Assembly (NCBI RefSeq): GCF_023585785.1
Contig: NZ_CP097765.1
Coordinates: 420,001 to 452,000 of the forward strand
DNA from: Blochmannia endosymbiont of Camponotus modoc
Lineage (GTDB): Bacteria > Pseudomonadota > Gammaproteobacteria > Enterobacterales > Enterobacteriaceae
Reading direction: 5' to 3'
DNA length: 32,000 nucleotides
Made by a program: the position numbers and the translations under genes. Positions 1 to 12,820 of the stretch are shown here, piece after piece (the first letter of the stretch is position 1; every line of letters starts with the position of its first letter). The notes beneath the pieces were generated by a model, which was not told the origin of the DNA, ran no database searches, and saw only the letters and a program-made list of their open reading frames with translations.

Positions 1-710
1 TAACAAAAAAAAGTGTTTTTTTGAAATAAATGACTTCCATAGACGTTGTATGCTTAATAAAATAGACAATATTAGCTTAACTTTACAATACGATGCTGCT
101 ATTAAAAAATATGAAAATAATCAACCATCATATTTAAAATAAATTGTAATAATAAAAATACAAACGTATTAGCATGCATGTGTATGAAAAAAATTTCAAA
201 ATAGTATGGATTAAAATAATTAAAAAATTAATATCAAAATTATTAGGAAATATATATTAAAATAATACGAATCAAATATTGATATACTCTTATATTGCAT
301 GTAAATGCAATAATATAAACATAATCTAAAATGATAGACATTGACTGCTATCTGTTTTTATTTTTATATCACTTAATTAAAAAATGATTTATATAAATAT
401 TTCAATAAATGAAGTCTATTATCAGAAATTAATATTTATTACTAAAAAATGGCGTATGTAAACCAGTAAAATTACAAAATAATTCGAATTTCATGTTACT
501 CTAAGAAACGCGTGTTAGTATGTTTTTTCACATTTAAATGAACCAATATCTATATAGATACAAAACATAAAAACTCATTACTCATTAATTTATAAAAAAT
601 ATTTAAAAAATCATGATAATTAATTAATAAGATAATACTCAGTAATAAATATACCATATAATATACTTATTTATCCAAGCATAAAGAGTTCACATTCTTT
701 TTTAAGCAAC

Positions 711-3080
711 ATGTATCAAAATAGTTTAATCAATGATTATTCAGTTTTTTTTAAAAACACTATCATTAATTCAATTTTTATAATATTTTTTACTCAATTT
801 TATTTTTTGGCTCATGCATCTAATTGTCTGCAAATTCCTATAATCAACAATCTCTTTTCTATTGATCAACCCATCTATGTGTCATCCGATGAACTAGATA
901 TTTATTATCCTAATAAAATTCAGTTTTCTGGAGATGTCAATATGAAACAAGACAATAACATTTTCATGTCCGACAAATTAATAATATCACTTAACGAAAA
1001 AAACGAATTATCATACAATACACTGTATGCTTGTGGCCATGTTAGCTATAACAACAACTATATTATATTAACTGGATCCCATGCTTGGATTAATTTTTAT
1101 AATAAAAATATAGATATTCATGAAGGAACATATCATTTCTTAGAACCCCCTATTCATGGAACAGCAAATTCTATAATGCAAAGAGGAAAAAATCGTTATA
1201 CTATTGTCAAGAAAGGCAAGTGTACTTCTTGTGTTTCAAACAAAAATTATTGGAACATAACAGGATCAGAAATGCTTTATGATCATCATAAACATAACAT
1301 AGATGTATGGAATGCTTGTCTTAAAATAAAAAAAATACCAATATTCTATAGCCCTTATTTGTCACTATCTTTACATCAAAATAATGTCTTAGGGCACTAC
1401 ATACCTGATATTAAATACAGTAGCAAACATGGATTAATCTTTAAAATACCTTACCCTATTAATTTCTCAAAACACTACTCGGGCAGCATCTCTCCATGTT
1501 ATATATCTAACCTAGGAACAAAATTAGAAACAGAAATACGTTACTCAATTAAACCAGGAACTGGATTATTAATTCTAGATCTCGTAGAAAATAATAAAAT
1601 GTGCAATGAAAAATTTCCCAACAATTATCATAACAGATATTGGCAATTATATTGGAAACATAATGGTATTATGAATAAAAAATGGCATCTTAATTCTCAT
1701 TATATCTCAACTACAGGTTCCAATAATTATATTGAAAATGTCAATATACCAACATACACACACTCTAATAATAATTGTATGAACCAAAAAATACTGTGCA
1801 ATTATACTGATAAAAATTGGAACGCTAATTTATCTTATTTTGGTATCACGAATATTAATATCACGACAATTAAAGACTGTTATAATTACAACGAATCGTT
1901 CCAGCTAGAATTACATTCATATTATGATAACATCAAGCATAAACCATTGAATTTAAAGTTATTTAGTCAAATAACCCAATTTATACCTGTAAATTATCAT
2001 TATCCAAAAACAATCAGAATCCACACGGAACCAACTTTAGATTTATCAATAAATAATTATTATGGCCATTTTAATACTGAAGCCAAATTAAAAATAACAC
2101 ATTATCGACAAAAAAATATAAATCATTATAAAAGAACACAGTATCCGGACTATCATTTACAAAATATAGTTAATCGTATCATCCCGCAACTAAAAATCAA
2201 CGGAAAGATGATTTTAAAAAAAAACACGCATATTTCAAAAAAATATAAACGTTTCTTAGAACCAAAATTACAATATTTATATGTACCATATCGTTTTCAA
2301 GAAAACATTGGTATCTATGATACTGATATGATTCATATAGATCATAAAAATTTATTTCTTGACACTACATATAGTGGATTGGATCGTATTTTACCTGTTA
2401 ATCAAATTACAGGAGATATAACCATACGATGCTTTAAGAAAAAAAAAGAATTATTTTATGCATCTATAGGTCAAATTTTTAATTTAAGACAACTTAATTC
2501 CGAATATATAAAAATATCTAAATGCACACAAAAAACTCCTAATATCCTGTTATTTTCAGGAATAAGTCATTGGAATATTAACGATTACTGGCATATGAAC
2601 ACCGAAATGCAATATGATACGCAGCATCATACATTATCATTTGGAACTGTAATATTAGAATATACAGGCAAAGACAATCAAGTTTTACAAACAAACTATA
2701 GATATGCCAACGAACAATATCTTAAAAAAATACTACCAGATATTAAAGAATCAATATATCACAACACAATTGCTCAATTAGGCGTACTCGCTTGTTATCC
2801 TTTAATTGATAATTGGAAAATAAGCTGTTCACATTACCATAATATAAAAACTAATCAACTCATTGATCAAACAATAGGAATACAGTATTATACGCCATGT
2901 TGGGGGGTTAATGTATCTTGTGAGCGAAAAATGATTGATTGGAACAAACGATTGAACCGCAATACATATGATAATAAAATACGATTAGATATCAAAATAT
3001 ATAACTCTACATCAGATTTTAAAGCAAACCCATATAAGATGTTGGACATAGGCGTCTTTCCATATCAACATACACTTTAA
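711..3080 (+). CDS. lptD: LPS-assembly protein LptD (Imp/OstA), outer-membrane beta-barrel
   Basis: 789-aa intact ORF; hydrophobic N-terminus; '[31 protein letters not shown]' resembles the OstA N-domain; '[17 protein letters not shown]' resembles the E. coli TSCLPG..W.VVGSEV region; sits directly upstream of surA as in E. coli. Confidence 0.93.
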   Translation: MYQNSLINDYSVFFKNTIINSIFIIFFTQFYFLAHASNCLQIPIINNLFSIDQPIYVSSDELDIYYPNKIQFSGDVNMKQDNNIFMSDKLIISLNEKNELSYNTLYACGHVSYNNNYIILTGSHAWINFYNKNIDIHEGTYHFLEPPIHGTANSIMQRGKNRYTIVKKGKCTSCVSNKNYWNITGSEMLYDHHKHNIDVWNACLKIKKIPIFYSPYLSLSLHQNNVLGHYIPDIKYSSKHGLIFKIPYPINFSKHYSGSISPCYISNLGTKLETEIRYSIKPGTGLLILDLVENNKMCNEKFPNNYHNRYWQLYWKHNGIMNKKWHLNSHYISTTGSNNYIENVNIPTYTHSNNNCMNQKILCNYTDKNWNANLSYFGITNINITTIKDCYNYNESFQLELHSYYDNIKHKPLNLKLFSQITQFIPVNYHYPKTIRIHTEPTLDLSINNYYGHFNTEAKLKITHYRQKNINHYKRTQYPDYHLQNIVNRIIPQLKINGKMILKKNTHISKKYKRFLEPKLQYLYVPYRFQENIGIYDTDMIHIDHKNLFLDTTYSGLDRILPVNQITGDITIRCFKKKKELFYASIGQIFNLRQLNSEYIKISKCTQKTPNILLFSGISHWNINDYWHMNTEMQYDTQHHTLSFGTVILEYTGKDNQVLQTNYRYANEQYLKKILPDIKESIYHNTIAQLGVLACYPLIDNWKISCSHYHNIKTNQLIDQTIGIQYYTPCWGVNVSCERKMIDWNKRLNRNTYDNKIRLDIKIYNSTSDFKANPYKMLDIGVFPYQHTL

Positions 3081-3130
3081 CCTTAAATATCGCGCGAAAT
3101 CAAATTCGTGCTTATAATATTGTTAATCAT

Positions 3131-4408
3131 ATGAAATTTTGGAAAATATTAATTCTAATATTTACGTTAAAAACAAATATTGTTCTTGGAGTATTAAAAA
3201 CGGTAGATAAAATTGTAGCATTAGTGAATCACAATATTATATTAGATAGTGATATCAGAAATAATATTTATATGATTCAAGATAACATCTCTAATAGCAA
3301 CGACAATATATTACAAGATATTTCATATTATCAAAAAATATTAGATCAATTAATCATAGACAACCTCATTTTCCAAATTTCTGATCAACAAAAAATCAAC
3401 ATTGACCACAATCAACTTAATCAAATGATCAATTGTATTTTAAATTTATATAATATGACATTCGATCAGTTTCGTTCATACCTATATGATCTTGGATTAA
3501 ATTACGAAAAATTTTATTTCCAACAATATCAAAATATGCTTAAAAAGCAAATATGTGATCATGTTATGCATGATCGTGCTCATATATTGACAAATGAAAT
3601 AAATAAAATTGCCAAAAAATCAAATATTATTGATATTAATAAGCAATTTAAATTAAAGCACGTTATATTTTCATTACCAATACAACCCACTCAAAGCCAA
3701 ATAGATAGAATAGAATATTTTGCAAGATTATTAATTAAAAAAAAAGAATTTAACAATAATATTACAGAACTCATACGCACATATTCTAATAAAAATATTA
3801 TTCAAATAATTAAAGTACATGAAACAGAATGGGTTTCATGGAAAGACATACCAATTATTTTTGATAAATATTTACAAAAAATAAACAAAGGCGATGTTAT
3901 CGGTCCAATTACATCTTGCGATGGAATACATATTGTAGAAATACAAGATATACGTTATAAACAAATTATGCTGCCTGTAACTAAAGTTACAGCAAAAATA
4001 TTTGGTATGAAAAATTCATGCGAAAATGTAAACATAGTAGAACAACTGTTACAAACTAAAGAACACATGGAAAAAAGTAATACTGCTTTTGGAATGATGA
4101 TTAAAAAAAAATCAAAAGATATATGTTTTAGTCATTACGAAGAAAATACAATATGCAAGGATTTAGATGATTTCGAGCCGTCAATCCGAAAAGTTTTGAG
4201 TTCTTTAAAAAACAATGAAATTAGTATACCAGTATACACCTCTTGCGGATGGCGTTTAGTTCAATTAATAGATATATCTATATTAGAATATAATGAAATA
4301 ATGTATGAACGTGCTTATTTATATTTATTAAATAACAAATTTGATGAAATTATGAAAAATTGGATTCAAGAATTACGATCCGAATCATATATTAAGATCA
4401 TTCACTAA
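3131..4408 (+). CDS. surA: Periplasmic chaperone / peptidyl-prolyl isomerase SurA
   Basis: 425-aa ORF; N-terminal '[22 protein letters not shown]' and C-terminal '[12 protein letters not shown]...[31 protein letters not shown]' match the SurA pattern; lptD-surA-pdxA-ksgA synteny. Confidence 0.93.
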   Translation: MKFWKILILIFTLKTNIVLGVLKTVDKIVALVNHNIILDSDIRNNIYMIQDNISNSNDNILQDISYYQKILDQLIIDNLIFQISDQQKINIDHNQLNQMINCILNLYNMTFDQFRSYLYDLGLNYEKFYFQQYQNMLKKQICDHVMHDRAHILTNEINKIAKKSNIIDINKQFKLKHVIFSLPIQPTQSQIDRIEYFARLLIKKKEFNNNITELIRTYSNKNIIQIIKVHETEWVSWKDIPIIFDKYLQKINKGDVIGPITSCDGIHIVEIQDIRYKQIMLPVTKVTAKIFGMKNSCENVNIVEQLLQTKEHMEKSNTAFGMMIKKKSKDICFSHYEENTICKDLDDFEPSIRKVLSSLKNNEISIPVYTSCGWRLVQLIDISILEYNEIMYERAYLYLLNNKFDEIMKNWIQELRSESYIKIIH

Positions 4409-4409
4409 A

Positions 4410-5429
4410 ATGATAAAAAAAAATAAACAATTTCGACGCATTGTGGTTACTACGGGAGAACCGGCTGGAATCGGCCCTGACATAGTTATTATGAGCGCAC
4501 AAAAGAAATGGCCTGTAGAGTTAGTTGTGTGTGCAGATCCTAATCTGCTATTAGATAGAGCGAAGCAAATAAATCTGCCTCTAAGATTACGTTCTTACTA
4601 TTCTAAAAAAATAGCATCTCCTTGTATGCCCGGAGAATTATCTATATTAAAAATGTTACTTCCACAAAAAACTATACCTGGTCAATTAGATGTTAATAAT
4701 AATAATTATGTTATTAATACTTTAACAAGAGCATCACAAGGATGTTTAAATGGGGAATTTTCAGCATTAGTGACTGGTCCTATACATAAAGCTATTCTTA
4801 ATAAAGGAAACATAGCATTCAGTGGGCACACTGAATTTTTATCTCAAATCAACAAATGCGAAACAACTGTAATGATGCTAAGTAATAGAAAATTACGTGT
4901 TGCTTTAGCCACTACCCATATACCTATATTATCTGTTCCAAAGATGATTACTCAAAAATCTCTTTGCGATACTATTTCCATTCTTGCACAAGGATTAAAA
5001 AAATACTTTGGTGTTTCACGCCCTAAAATTTATATATGCGGTTTAAATCCACATTCTGGAGAATCCGGCTATATAGGACAAGAAGAGATTGATATCATTA
5101 TACCTGCTTTAAATATTTCAAAGAAAAAAGTTAATTGCGAACTAATAGGTCCTTTGTCAGCTGATACAATATTTCAGAAAAAATATATTCAACATGCAGA
5201 CGTAATATTAGCTATGTATCATGATCAAGGTTTACCTGTTTTAAAATATTCTGGATTTGGTCAATCAGTAAATATTACTTTAGGATTGCCTTTTATTAGA
5301 ACCTCTGTAGATCACGGTACTGCTCTTGAACTATCTGGAAAAGGAACAGCGCTACCTGATAGTATGATTATGGCTATTACAGTTGCAATTAAAATGCTGA
5401 GTCATCTTTATGAAAAAAATATACTATAA
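4410..5429 (+). CDS. pdxA: 4-hydroxythreonine-4-phosphate dehydrogenase PdxA
   Basis: 339-aa ORF; 'VVTTGEPAGIGPDIV', 'GHTEFLSQI', 'ATTHIPILSVP', 'GLNPHSGESGYIGQEE', 'AMYHDQGLPVLKY'. Confidence 0.97.
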   Translation: MIKKNKQFRRIVVTTGEPAGIGPDIVIMSAQKKWPVELVVCADPNLLLDRAKQINLPLRLRSYYSKKIASPCMPGELSILKMLLPQKTIPGQLDVNNNNYVINTLTRASQGCLNGEFSALVTGPIHKAILNKGNIAFSGHTEFLSQINKCETTVMMLSNRKLRVALATTHIPILSVPKMITQKSLCDTISILAQGLKKYFGVSRPKIYICGLNPHSGESGYIGQEEIDIIIPALNISKKKVNCELIGPLSADTIFQKKYIQHADVILAMYHDQGLPVLKYSGFGQSVNITLGLPFIRTSVDHGTALELSGKGTALPDSMIMAITVAIKMLSHLYEKNIL

Positions 5430-6213
5430 AAATCACCTTATAAAAAAAAAATGGAGCCAAGTATTCCTTAAAGACCAAAATATTATTGATACTATTGTTA
5501 AAGCAATTAATCCTAAAAAACATCAAAAAATACTAGAAATTGGACCCGGATTAGGTGCGTTAACTAAACAAATTCTAAATACTGCAGATCTCGATTCTTT
5601 AATATTAATAGAACGTGATTCAAACTTAGTCAATCGATTAGTTCAAATGTTTAACAAAAAAATTAATATTCTTCATCAAGATATAATGACAACAAATTTT
5701 TTTGATTTATCACATAAATTTGGGCAAAAACTACGATTAATAGGAAATTTACCCTATAACATAGCCACAGAATTAATCGTGTATTTATTCCAATACACCA
5801 ATGTAATTTACGATATGCATTTCATGTTTCAAAAAGAAGTAGCTACACGACTTTACTCAAATCCTAATAAAAAAGAATATGGCAGACTAAGCATAATAAC
5901 ACAATATCATTGTAAAGTCGTTCCATTGTTAACGATACCAGCAACTTCTTTCTTTCCTATCCCAAAAGTAGAATCTATGGTAATACGTCTACTCCCCCAC
6001 GCAAACACTCCCTATCCAATAGTTAATATTGAACAACTATCTTCGCTGACAAAATTAGCTTTTAGCCAAAGACGAAAAACGCTTCGCAACAGCTTATCCA
6101 CATTTTTTAACGAAACAGAAATAACACGAAAAGGAATAAATCCGGCACTGCGAGCAGAAAACATTACTATTAATCAATACTGTACATTAGCAAATATGTT
6201 AAATAACGAATAA
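5410..6213 (+). CDS. ksgA: 16S rRNA dimethyladenosine transferase KsgA (RsmA)
   Basis: 267-aa ORF; 'SQVFLKDQNIIDTIVKAINP', 'LEIGPGLGALT', 'LIGNLPYNIAT', 'FFPIPKVESMVIRL'; overlaps the pdxA 3' end by 20 bp. Confidence 0.97.
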   Translation: MKKIYYKNHLIKKKWSQVFLKDQNIIDTIVKAINPKKHQKILEIGPGLGALTKQILNTADLDSLILIERDSNLVNRLVQMFNKKINILHQDIMTTNFFDLSHKFGQKLRLIGNLPYNIATELIVYLFQYTNVIYDMHFMFQKEVATRLYSNPNKKEYGRLSIITQYHCKVVPLLTIPATSFFPIPKVESMVIRLLPHANTPYPIVNIEQLSSLTKLAFSQRRKTLRNSLSTFFNETEITRKGINPALRAENITINQYCTLANMLNNE

Positions 6214-6606
6214 ACTTACTGATATAATGTTTTTATTATAACTAGTATTATTATTTTATAATTGTATTTCAACTGAAAAAATGTTATACATCTATTTTTA
6301 TTAAATTAATATATACAATTGAATTATGATATCCTTGTTTAAACAACACTGTAAGTCGATACCACAATAGTATAAGACTTTTTTTTTAACACAAAAATGT
6401 TTAAAATAAATTAGTTTCTATTGTAATGAAAAAAAATTATTTACTAAAAGAAGCATATTTTCATATTTTATAAAATATATTTTTTATTATACAAATAATC
6501 CTTTTCTAAAAAGGAAAGTTTATACTTAATACAAAATATTAAAAATATTATGATATATATGTATTTGATCAATTTTTATTATAAAAAAAATCTATAATCA
6601 CCCCAA

Positions 6607-7434
6607 ATGTCTACTTATTTTATCGGAGATGTCCACGGATGTTACAAACAGTTACAAACTATACTAGATCGTGTATGCTTTAATCCTAAAGTTGATACTC
6701 TACATTTTACCGGAGATTTAATCGCCAGAGGACCAAATTCATTAGAGGTATTGCGTTTAGTCTATGAATTTAAAACAAGTGCTTCCATAGTATTAGGTAA
6801 TCATGAATTACATTTATTAAAAACATATTTTGGAATAAATAGTAGACAACGTAAAGATTATTTTGATGCTATATTCAATGCTCCAGATCTAGAAGAATTA
6901 ATCAATTGGTTACGTCATCAACCTATGTTATACATAGATGAAAACAAAAAGATATTAATGACCCACGCAGGTATTAGTCCTAATTGGAATATTAGGAATA
7001 CTAAAAAATATGCCCAAGAAATAGAAGAAATTTTAATTAGCGACCATTATTTTCTGCTTTTTAAAAAAGACATACGTGACAATATATTCGATATGTATCA
7101 GATACATAATGATAAATTAAAACAAATACAAGAAAATATTAATGTATTCACACGAATGCGTTATATTTATTTAAATGGTCAATTAGATTTAAAATACAAA
7201 GGAGCTCCTAAAGATGCCCCAAAAAATATATATCCGTGGTTTTCTTTAAACAAATTAGTTGATCCCGCATATAATATAATTTTTGGTCATTGGGCATCTT
7301 TAGGAGAAATAGAAATACCGTCTTCATCTGGTATTTATGGATTAGATTCTGGTTGTTGTTGGGGAGGGGCACTGACCTTATTGCGATGGGAAGACAAAAA
7401 AGTTGTATGCATACCTTGTGACTCATCTATTTAG
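6607..7434 (+). CDS. apaH: Bis(5'-nucleosyl)-tetraphosphatase, symmetrical (ApaH)
   Basis: 275-aa ORF; 'YFIGDVHGCYKQLQTIL', 'FTGDLIARGPNSLEVLR', 'VLGNHELHLL', 'GIYGLDSGCCWGGALTLLR'. Confidence 0.97.
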   Translation: MSTYFIGDVHGCYKQLQTILDRVCFNPKVDTLHFTGDLIARGPNSLEVLRLVYEFKTSASIVLGNHELHLLKTYFGINSRQRKDYFDAIFNAPDLEELINWLRHQPMLYIDENKKILMTHAGISPNWNIRNTKKYAQEIEEILISDHYFLLFKKDIRDNIFDMYQIHNDKLKQIQENINVFTRMRYIYLNGQLDLKYKGAPKDAPKNIYPWFSLNKLVDPAYNIIFGHWASLGEIEIPSSSGIYGLDSGCCWGGALTLLRWEDKKVVCIPCDSSI

Positions 7435-7595
7435 CTTAAAACATAATCAAATTTGACGATTATTTATACATATTCTATACAAATAAAAATAAATTAATTG
7501 CCATGTTTTAATTGTCGCTCTTTTAAAAATAATTTATTAATATGAAATATTAGTTTCATTAATATAATTTTCATTATTAACCATAATAGTTTTTA

Positions 7596-8090
7596 TTAAC
7601 AGCGTTCTAAAATAGAAAAATGCAAATAACAAAAACAGTCCTCTCTAACTTTATAAAAACTATTAAAAATAGATTGCCATTCTCTTATATCGTAATCAGG
7701 AAACAAAGTGTCACCATCAATTTCAACCATGTTATGAATATATGTTAAATACAAGCGTTGCGCATGAGGTAAAAAAATATTGTATATTTCACTTCCGCCA
7801 ATTATCATGACTTCATATGCGTCCTGTATTAAAGATAAAGCTTCATCTATATTTTCTACTACAAAAACACCATTATAATCATTTAATAAATTGCGACTTA
7901 AAACAATATTCAATCTATTTAATAATGGTTTCTTGCCTATAGACTCAAATGTTTTGCGCCCCATAATAATTGGCTTATATAAAGTATGATATTTAAACCA
8001 CTGAATATCTATAGGTAAATACCAAGGAATAACATTTTTTTTTCCAATTATATGATTGGTAGTCAAAGCGGCAATTAAGCTAATAATCAT
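7596..8090 (-). CDS. folA: Dihydrofolate reductase
   Basis: 164-aa ORF; 'ISLIAALTTNHIIGKKNVIPWYLPIDIQWFK', 'PIIMGRKTFESIGKPLLNRLNIVLSR'-type motif, 'VMIIGGSEIYNIFLPHAQRLYLT'; convergent with apaH as in E. coli. Confidence 0.97.
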   Translation of the reverse strand: MIISLIAALTTNHIIGKKNVIPWYLPIDIQWFKYHTLYKPIIMGRKTFESIGKKPLLNRLNIVLSRNLLNDYNGVFVVENIDEALSLIQDAYEVMIIGGSEIYNIFLPHAQRLYLTYIHNMVEIDGDTLFPDYDIREWQSIFNSFYKVREDCFCYLHFSILERC

Positions 8091-8199
8091 TTAGGCACAA
8101 TATTCAATATGTACGTCAAATTATAAAATACTTTTTAATTAAATTGTAATTACAGAAACATACAAAGTATAATTCTGCAATTATATACCAATTATAGTG

Positions 8200-11100
8200 T
8201 TAATGTACTATTTTAGAATGCATATCTTGAAGTGATACCACATGTTCTGTAGTATCAACAGCTAATGACATAGCTGCAGCAAAACTTCCATTCATTGTAG
8301 TAATATAATAGACGTTATGTCGCAGCGCGATTTGGCACAATAATGTAGCACAATCATTACTAATATTGTCTGTTAAGGTAGTATCAACAATATAACTATA
8401 TCCACCATTCTTAATTTTTTTGTGAATATATGCATGAGTTACATGCACTGGTCTAATCATCTGAGAAACAAGACCAACACTTTTTAGTATCTTCGCTGTT
8501 TCACATGTAACATCCAACATAAAACCATTTTTAATAAATTTAGTAACTAAATCTACTGCTTTATCCGTATCTTTATTAGATAATGATAATAATACATCGC
8601 CATTTTTTTTCATATAAAACTGACTACTTAATGTTGCTTTAGCAAATGCTTCTTCAAAAGTACGTCCAATGCCCATTACTTCTCCTGTAGATCTCATTTC
8701 TGGGCCTAACTTTGGATTCATTTCAATAAATTTATTAAATGGTAATACTACCTCCTTCACTGAAAAATAAGGAGGAATTACTTCTTTTAAAATACCTTGA
8801 TCCAACAAAGATTGCCCAATCATTACTCGGGTTCCAATTTTTGCTAACGCCATACCAGTGGCTTTAGATACAAAAGGAACTGTACGTGATGCTCTTGGAT
8901 TAATCTCAATTATATAAATTTCATCTTTTTGTATTGCAAATTGTATATTTACCAAGCCTTTTATATTAAATTTAAATGCTAGTTCTTTTACTTGATAACG
9001 TATTCTGTCCTGAATATTTTTGCTTAACGTATGCGCTGGCAAAGAACACGCTGAGTCTCCAGAATGTATTCCTGCGTATTCGATATGCTCCATAATTCCC
9101 CCTATAAACACCTGTTTTCCATCGCAAATTGCATCTACATCTACTTCTATCGCATTTTCTAAAAAACTATCTAACAAAACTGGTGCATTATTAGATGCTG
9201 ATATAGCATTTTTAAAATAGAATAATAATTCTTTTTCATTGTATACTATTTCCATAGCCCTACCTCCCAAAACATAAGAAGGCCTAACTACTATGGGGTA
9301 CCCTATATTTTTAGCTTTTTTTAAAGCTGATTGTATAGATGTAACAGTAGCGTTATCTGGTTGTTGTAAACCTAAACATTTTATTGATCGTTGAAATCGT
9401 TCTCTGTTTTCAGCTTGGTCAATTGCGTCTGGACTCGTTCCTATAATAGATATCCCAGCTGCTTCCATTTCTTTAACCAATTTTAATGGAGTTTGACCTC
9501 CATATTGAACAATCACACCTGTTGGTTTATTTATACGTATAATTTCTAAGATATCTTCTAATGTAATTGGTTCAAAATAAAGAATATCCGATATGTCATA
9601 ATCAGTAGATACAGTTTCAGGATTGCAATTCACCATAATTACATGATATCCGTTTTCACGTAATGTCATTGCTGCATGGACACAACAATAATCAAATTCA
9701 ATACCCTGACCAATGCGATTGGGTCCCCCTCCTAATATCATTATAGTTTTATTTGTGTGATTAAATTGAAATTCACATTCACCATCGTAAGTAGAATACA
9801 TATAAGAAGTATTAGTAGAAAATTCTGCCGCGCATGCATCTACATGTTTATACACAGGATGTATATCATATATACATCTTAATGTACGGATCTTATTTTC
9901 TGATACTCCTGTCAATTGCCCCAATCTTGCATCAGAAAACCCTTTCTTTTTAAGACAATATAATCGATTCTTGTCAAGACATGATATACCTTCCGATATT
10001 ACATCGTTCTCTAATTGTACTAATTCTTGAATTTGAACTAAAAACCAACGGTCGATATTAGTTAAATGAAAAACTTGTTCTAAAGATATACCGTAGCGAA
10101 AAGCATCAGCAATATACCATATTCGATTACTGCTAGCATTTTTTAATTCATATACAATAATACTAAACGCTTTAGGGTGATCTAAATTAATTTTAGAATC
10201 TAGTCCCATTACTCCTATTTCTAATCCGCGTATTGCTTTCTGCAAAGATTCTTGTTGGCTACGACCAATTGCCATCACTTCACCCACTGATTTCATTTGA
10301 GTTGTCAGTTTATTGTGTCGCTCTGGAAATTTTTCAAAATTAAAACGCGGAATTTTAGTTACTACATAATCGATTGATGGTTCAAAAGATGCGGGAATAC
10401 AACCACTGGTAATATCATTTGATAATTCATCCAGAGTATACCCCACTGCTAACTTAGAAGCTATTTTTGCTATAGGAAATCCAGTTGCTTTCGAAGCTAG
10501 CGCTGATGATCGCGACACTCTCGGATTCATTTCAACAACGATAAGCCTTCCGTTATTTGGATTGACCGCAAATTGTACATTAGCTCCTCCAGTCTCTACT
10601 CCAATTTCACGTAACACCATTATTGAAGCATTTCTCATGATTTGATATTCCTTATCGGTCAAAGTTTGAGCTGGCGCCACAGTAATAGAATCACCAGTAT
10701 GAATACCCATGGGATCAACGTTTTCTATAGAACACACAATTATACAATTGTCTTTAATATCACGTATTACTTCCATTTCATACTCCTTCCAACCAATTAA
10801 AGATTCATCAATTAAAAGTGCATGATGAGGATATGAATCTAATCCGTATCTGCAAAGTTTTTCAAATTCTTCTTGAGTACAAGCAACACCGCCTCCGCTT
10901 CCTCCTAAAGTAAAAGAAGGACGAATAATGCAGGGTAACCCGATTTTTTCCAAAACCATCATAGCTTCATCTATGTCGCGTGCAACACCAGATCGCGCTG
11001 TTTCTAAGCTAATTTTTTTCATAGATTCACGAAATTTTTGACGATCTTCTGCCTTACAAATAGAATCTATCGTTGCTCCAATTGTTATTATATTAAATTT

Positions 11101-11427
11101 TCTTAAAATTCCGTGACGTTCTAAATCTAAAGTACAATTCAAAGCAGTTTGTCCACCCATAGTTGAGAGCAGTGCATCCGGATGTTCTTTTTCAATAATC
11201 TTATGTATTATTTTCCATTGAATCGCTTCGATATAAGTAACATCAGCCATATCAGGGTCCGTCATAATTGTAGCAGGATTAGAATTTACTAAAATAATAC
11301 GATATCCTTCTTCACGTAACGCTTTACAAGCTTGTGCACCAGAGTAATCAAATTCACAGGCTTGACCGATAACTATTGGTCCAGCTCCTAATAGTAAGAT
11401 GCTGTGTATATCGGTTCTTTTTGGCAT
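8200..11427 (-). CDS. carB: Carbamoyl-phosphate synthase large subunit
   Basis: 1075-aa intact ORF; duplicated ATP-grasp domains; '[37 protein letters not shown]', '[23 protein letters not shown]'. Confidence 0.99.
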   Translation of the reverse strand: MPKRTDIHSILLLGAGPIVIGQACEFDYSGAQACKALREEGYRIILVNSNPATIMTDPDMADVTYIEAIQWKIIHKIIEKEHPDALLSTMGGQTALNCTLDLERHGILRKFNIITIGATIDSICKAEDRQKFRESMKKISLETARSGVARDIDEAMMVLEKIGLPCIIRPSFTLGGSGGGVACTQEEFEKLCRYGLDSYPHHALLIDESLIGWKEYEMEVIRDIKDNCIIVCSIENVDPMGIHTGDSITVAPAQTLTDKEYQIMRNASIMVLREIGVETGGANVQFAVNPNNGRLIVVEMNPRVSRSSALASKATGFPIAKIASKLAVGYTLDELSNDITSGCIPASFEPSIDYVVTKIPRFNFEKFPERHNKLTTQMKSVGEVMAIGRSQQESLQKAIRGLEIGVMGLDSKINLDHPKAFSIIVYELKNASSNRIWYIADAFRYGISLEQVFHLTNIDRWFLVQIQELVQLENDVISEGISCLDKNRLYCLKKKGFSDARLGQLTGVSENKIRTLRCIYDIHPVYKHVDACAAEFSTNTSYMYSTYDGECEFQFNHTNKTIMILGGGPNRIGQGIEFDYCCVHAAMTLRENGYHVIMVNCNPETVSTDYDISDILYFEPITLEDILEIIRINKPTGVIVQYGGQTPLKLVKEMEAAGISIIGTSPDAIDQAENRERFQRSIKCLGLQQPDNATVTSIQSALKKAKNIGYPIVVRPSYVLGGRAMEIVYNEKELLFYFKNAISASNNAPVLLDSFLENAIEVDVDAICDGKQVFIGGIMEHIEYAGIHSGDSACSLPAHTLSKNIQDRIRYQVKELAFKFNIKGLVNIQFAIQKDEIYIIEINPRASRTVPFVSKATGMALAKIGTRVMIGQSLLDQGILKEVIPPYFSVKEVVLPFNKFIEMNPKLGPEMRSTGEVMGIGRTFEEAFAKATLSSQFYMKKNGDVLLSLSNKDTDKAVDLVTKFIKNGFMLDVTCETAKILKSVGLVSQMIRPVHVTHAYIHKKIKNGGYSYIVDTTLTDNISNDCATLLCQIALRHNVYYITTMNGSFAAAMSLAVDTTEHVVSLQDMHSKIVH

Positions 11428-11446
11428 ATTTATACTCTCAAACTTA

Positions 11447-12586
11447 TTATTTATTACGGTAATTTTTAATTAATTTAATGAAATGACCAAATAATGATGA
11501 TGCAGCATCATGCGGGCCAGGACTAGCCTCTGGATGCCCTTGGAAACTAAAAGCAGGTTTATTAATATGGTGAATACCTTGGAGAGTGCCATCAAATAAT
11601 GAAATATGCGTTATTTTTAACGTATCAGGTAAAGTTTGTTTATCTACTACAAAATTATGATTTTGAGCGGTAATTATAACCTTATTTGTTTCTATATCTT
11701 TAACTGGATGATTAGAGCCATGATGTCCAAATTTCATTTTTATCGTTTTAGCTCCGCTGGCTAACGCAAGTAACTGATGTCCTAAACAAATTCCAAACAA
11801 TGGGATTGTAGTTGTATTTAAAAAAGTTTGTATAGAATTAATTGCGTATTCATATGCATTTGGATCTCCAGGCCCATTGGCTAGAAAGACACCATCTGGT
11901 TGCATATCAATTATTTCTTGCGCTGTAGTATGCGCTGGAACCACAGTTAATAAGCAACCATAATCTACTAATATACGCATGATATTTCGTTTAACACCAA
12001 AATCATATACTACAACACGATAAGGTAGGTGTAATGGAGTGCAGAATACTCCAGATTTAATATTCCAAGTGCCTTGATTCCAAATATACTGTCGAGAAGT
12101 ACTTACTTCATGAACAAGATTAAGTCCATTCAATCCAGTAAATTCGCGAGCCTTACGCAATGCTAATGTGGCATCAGGCATGTTACAAGCAATGATGCAG
12201 CCGTGTTGTATTCCCTTTTCTCGTATTAAACGAGTTAACTTACGAGTATCTACTCCAGCAATTCCAACAATATTTTGTTGCACTAAATAATCTGAAAGAC
12301 TCAATGTATAACGAAAATTACTAACAACCATTGCTAGGTCACGAATAATCAGCCCTCTTACCTGAATACAAGAAGATTCATTATCAAATTCATTAGTACC
12401 CACGTTTCCAATATGAGGGCAAGTTAATATGACTATTTGATAAGCATAAGAAGGGTCAGTAATTATTTCTTGATATCCAGTCATTGATGTGTTAAACACT
12501 ACTTCTCCTACTGTTTCTCCTTCTGCGCCTATTGCATAACCATAAAATTGATTACCATCTTCTAATACTAACAATGCTGATTTCAT
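11447..12586 (-). CDS. carA: Carbamoyl-phosphate synthase small (glutaminase) subunit
   Basis: 379-aa ORF; '[16 protein letters not shown]'-type class I amidotransferase motif ([13 protein letters not shown]), 'NHNFVVD', '[14 protein letters not shown]'; immediately upstream of carB. Confidence 0.99.
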   Translation of the reverse strand: MKSALLVLEDGNQFYGYAIGAEGETVGEVVFNTSMTGYQEIITDPSYAYQIVILTCPHIGNVGTNEFDNESSCIQVRGLIIRDLAMVVSNFRYTLSLSDYLVQQNIVGIAGVDTRKLTRLIREKGIQHGCIIACNMPDATLALRKAREFTGLNGLNLVHEVSTSRQYIWNQGTWNIKSGVFCTPLHLPYRVVVYDFGVKRNIMRILVDYGCLLTVVPAHTTAQEIIDMQPDGVFLANGPGDPNAYEYAINSIQTFLNTTTIPLFGICLGHQLLALASGAKTIKMKFGHHGSNHPVKDIETNKVIITAQNHNFVVDKQTLPDTLKITHISLFDGTLQGIHHINKPAFSFQGHPEASPGPHDAASSLFGHFIKLIKNYRNK

Positions 12587-12820
12587 TAAAATAACTCTAT
12601 CTTAATAGATGAATAAATCATTAAGTATATAACTTACATTTAATTTATGAGAGGAAATTGATAAGTCAAATATTAAATTAATAATACTATTATATTAGAT
12701 TAAAATAAAACATGTGTAAATAAAATTTATACATGTTTTATTGATTATTAATCTTAAAATTCTTTCAATAACATCAATGATGTTATCATATATATACTTA
12801 TATGTATATGCATCTAGCTA

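Noticed and set aside
6094-6102. Perfect DnaA-box-like TTATCCACA
   Set aside because: Single copy inside conserved ksgA coding sequence (SLSTFF) with no cluster of boxes, AT-rich unwinding repeats or origin-linked genes; treated as chance.
7208-7426. 72-aa minus-strand ORF antisense to apaH
   Set aside because: Entirely inside the well-supported apaH gene; composition and lack of recognisable motifs fit a shadow ORF.
9020-9220. 66-aa plus-strand ORF antisense to carB
   Set aside because: Shadow ORF within a conserved carB domain; no independent evidence.
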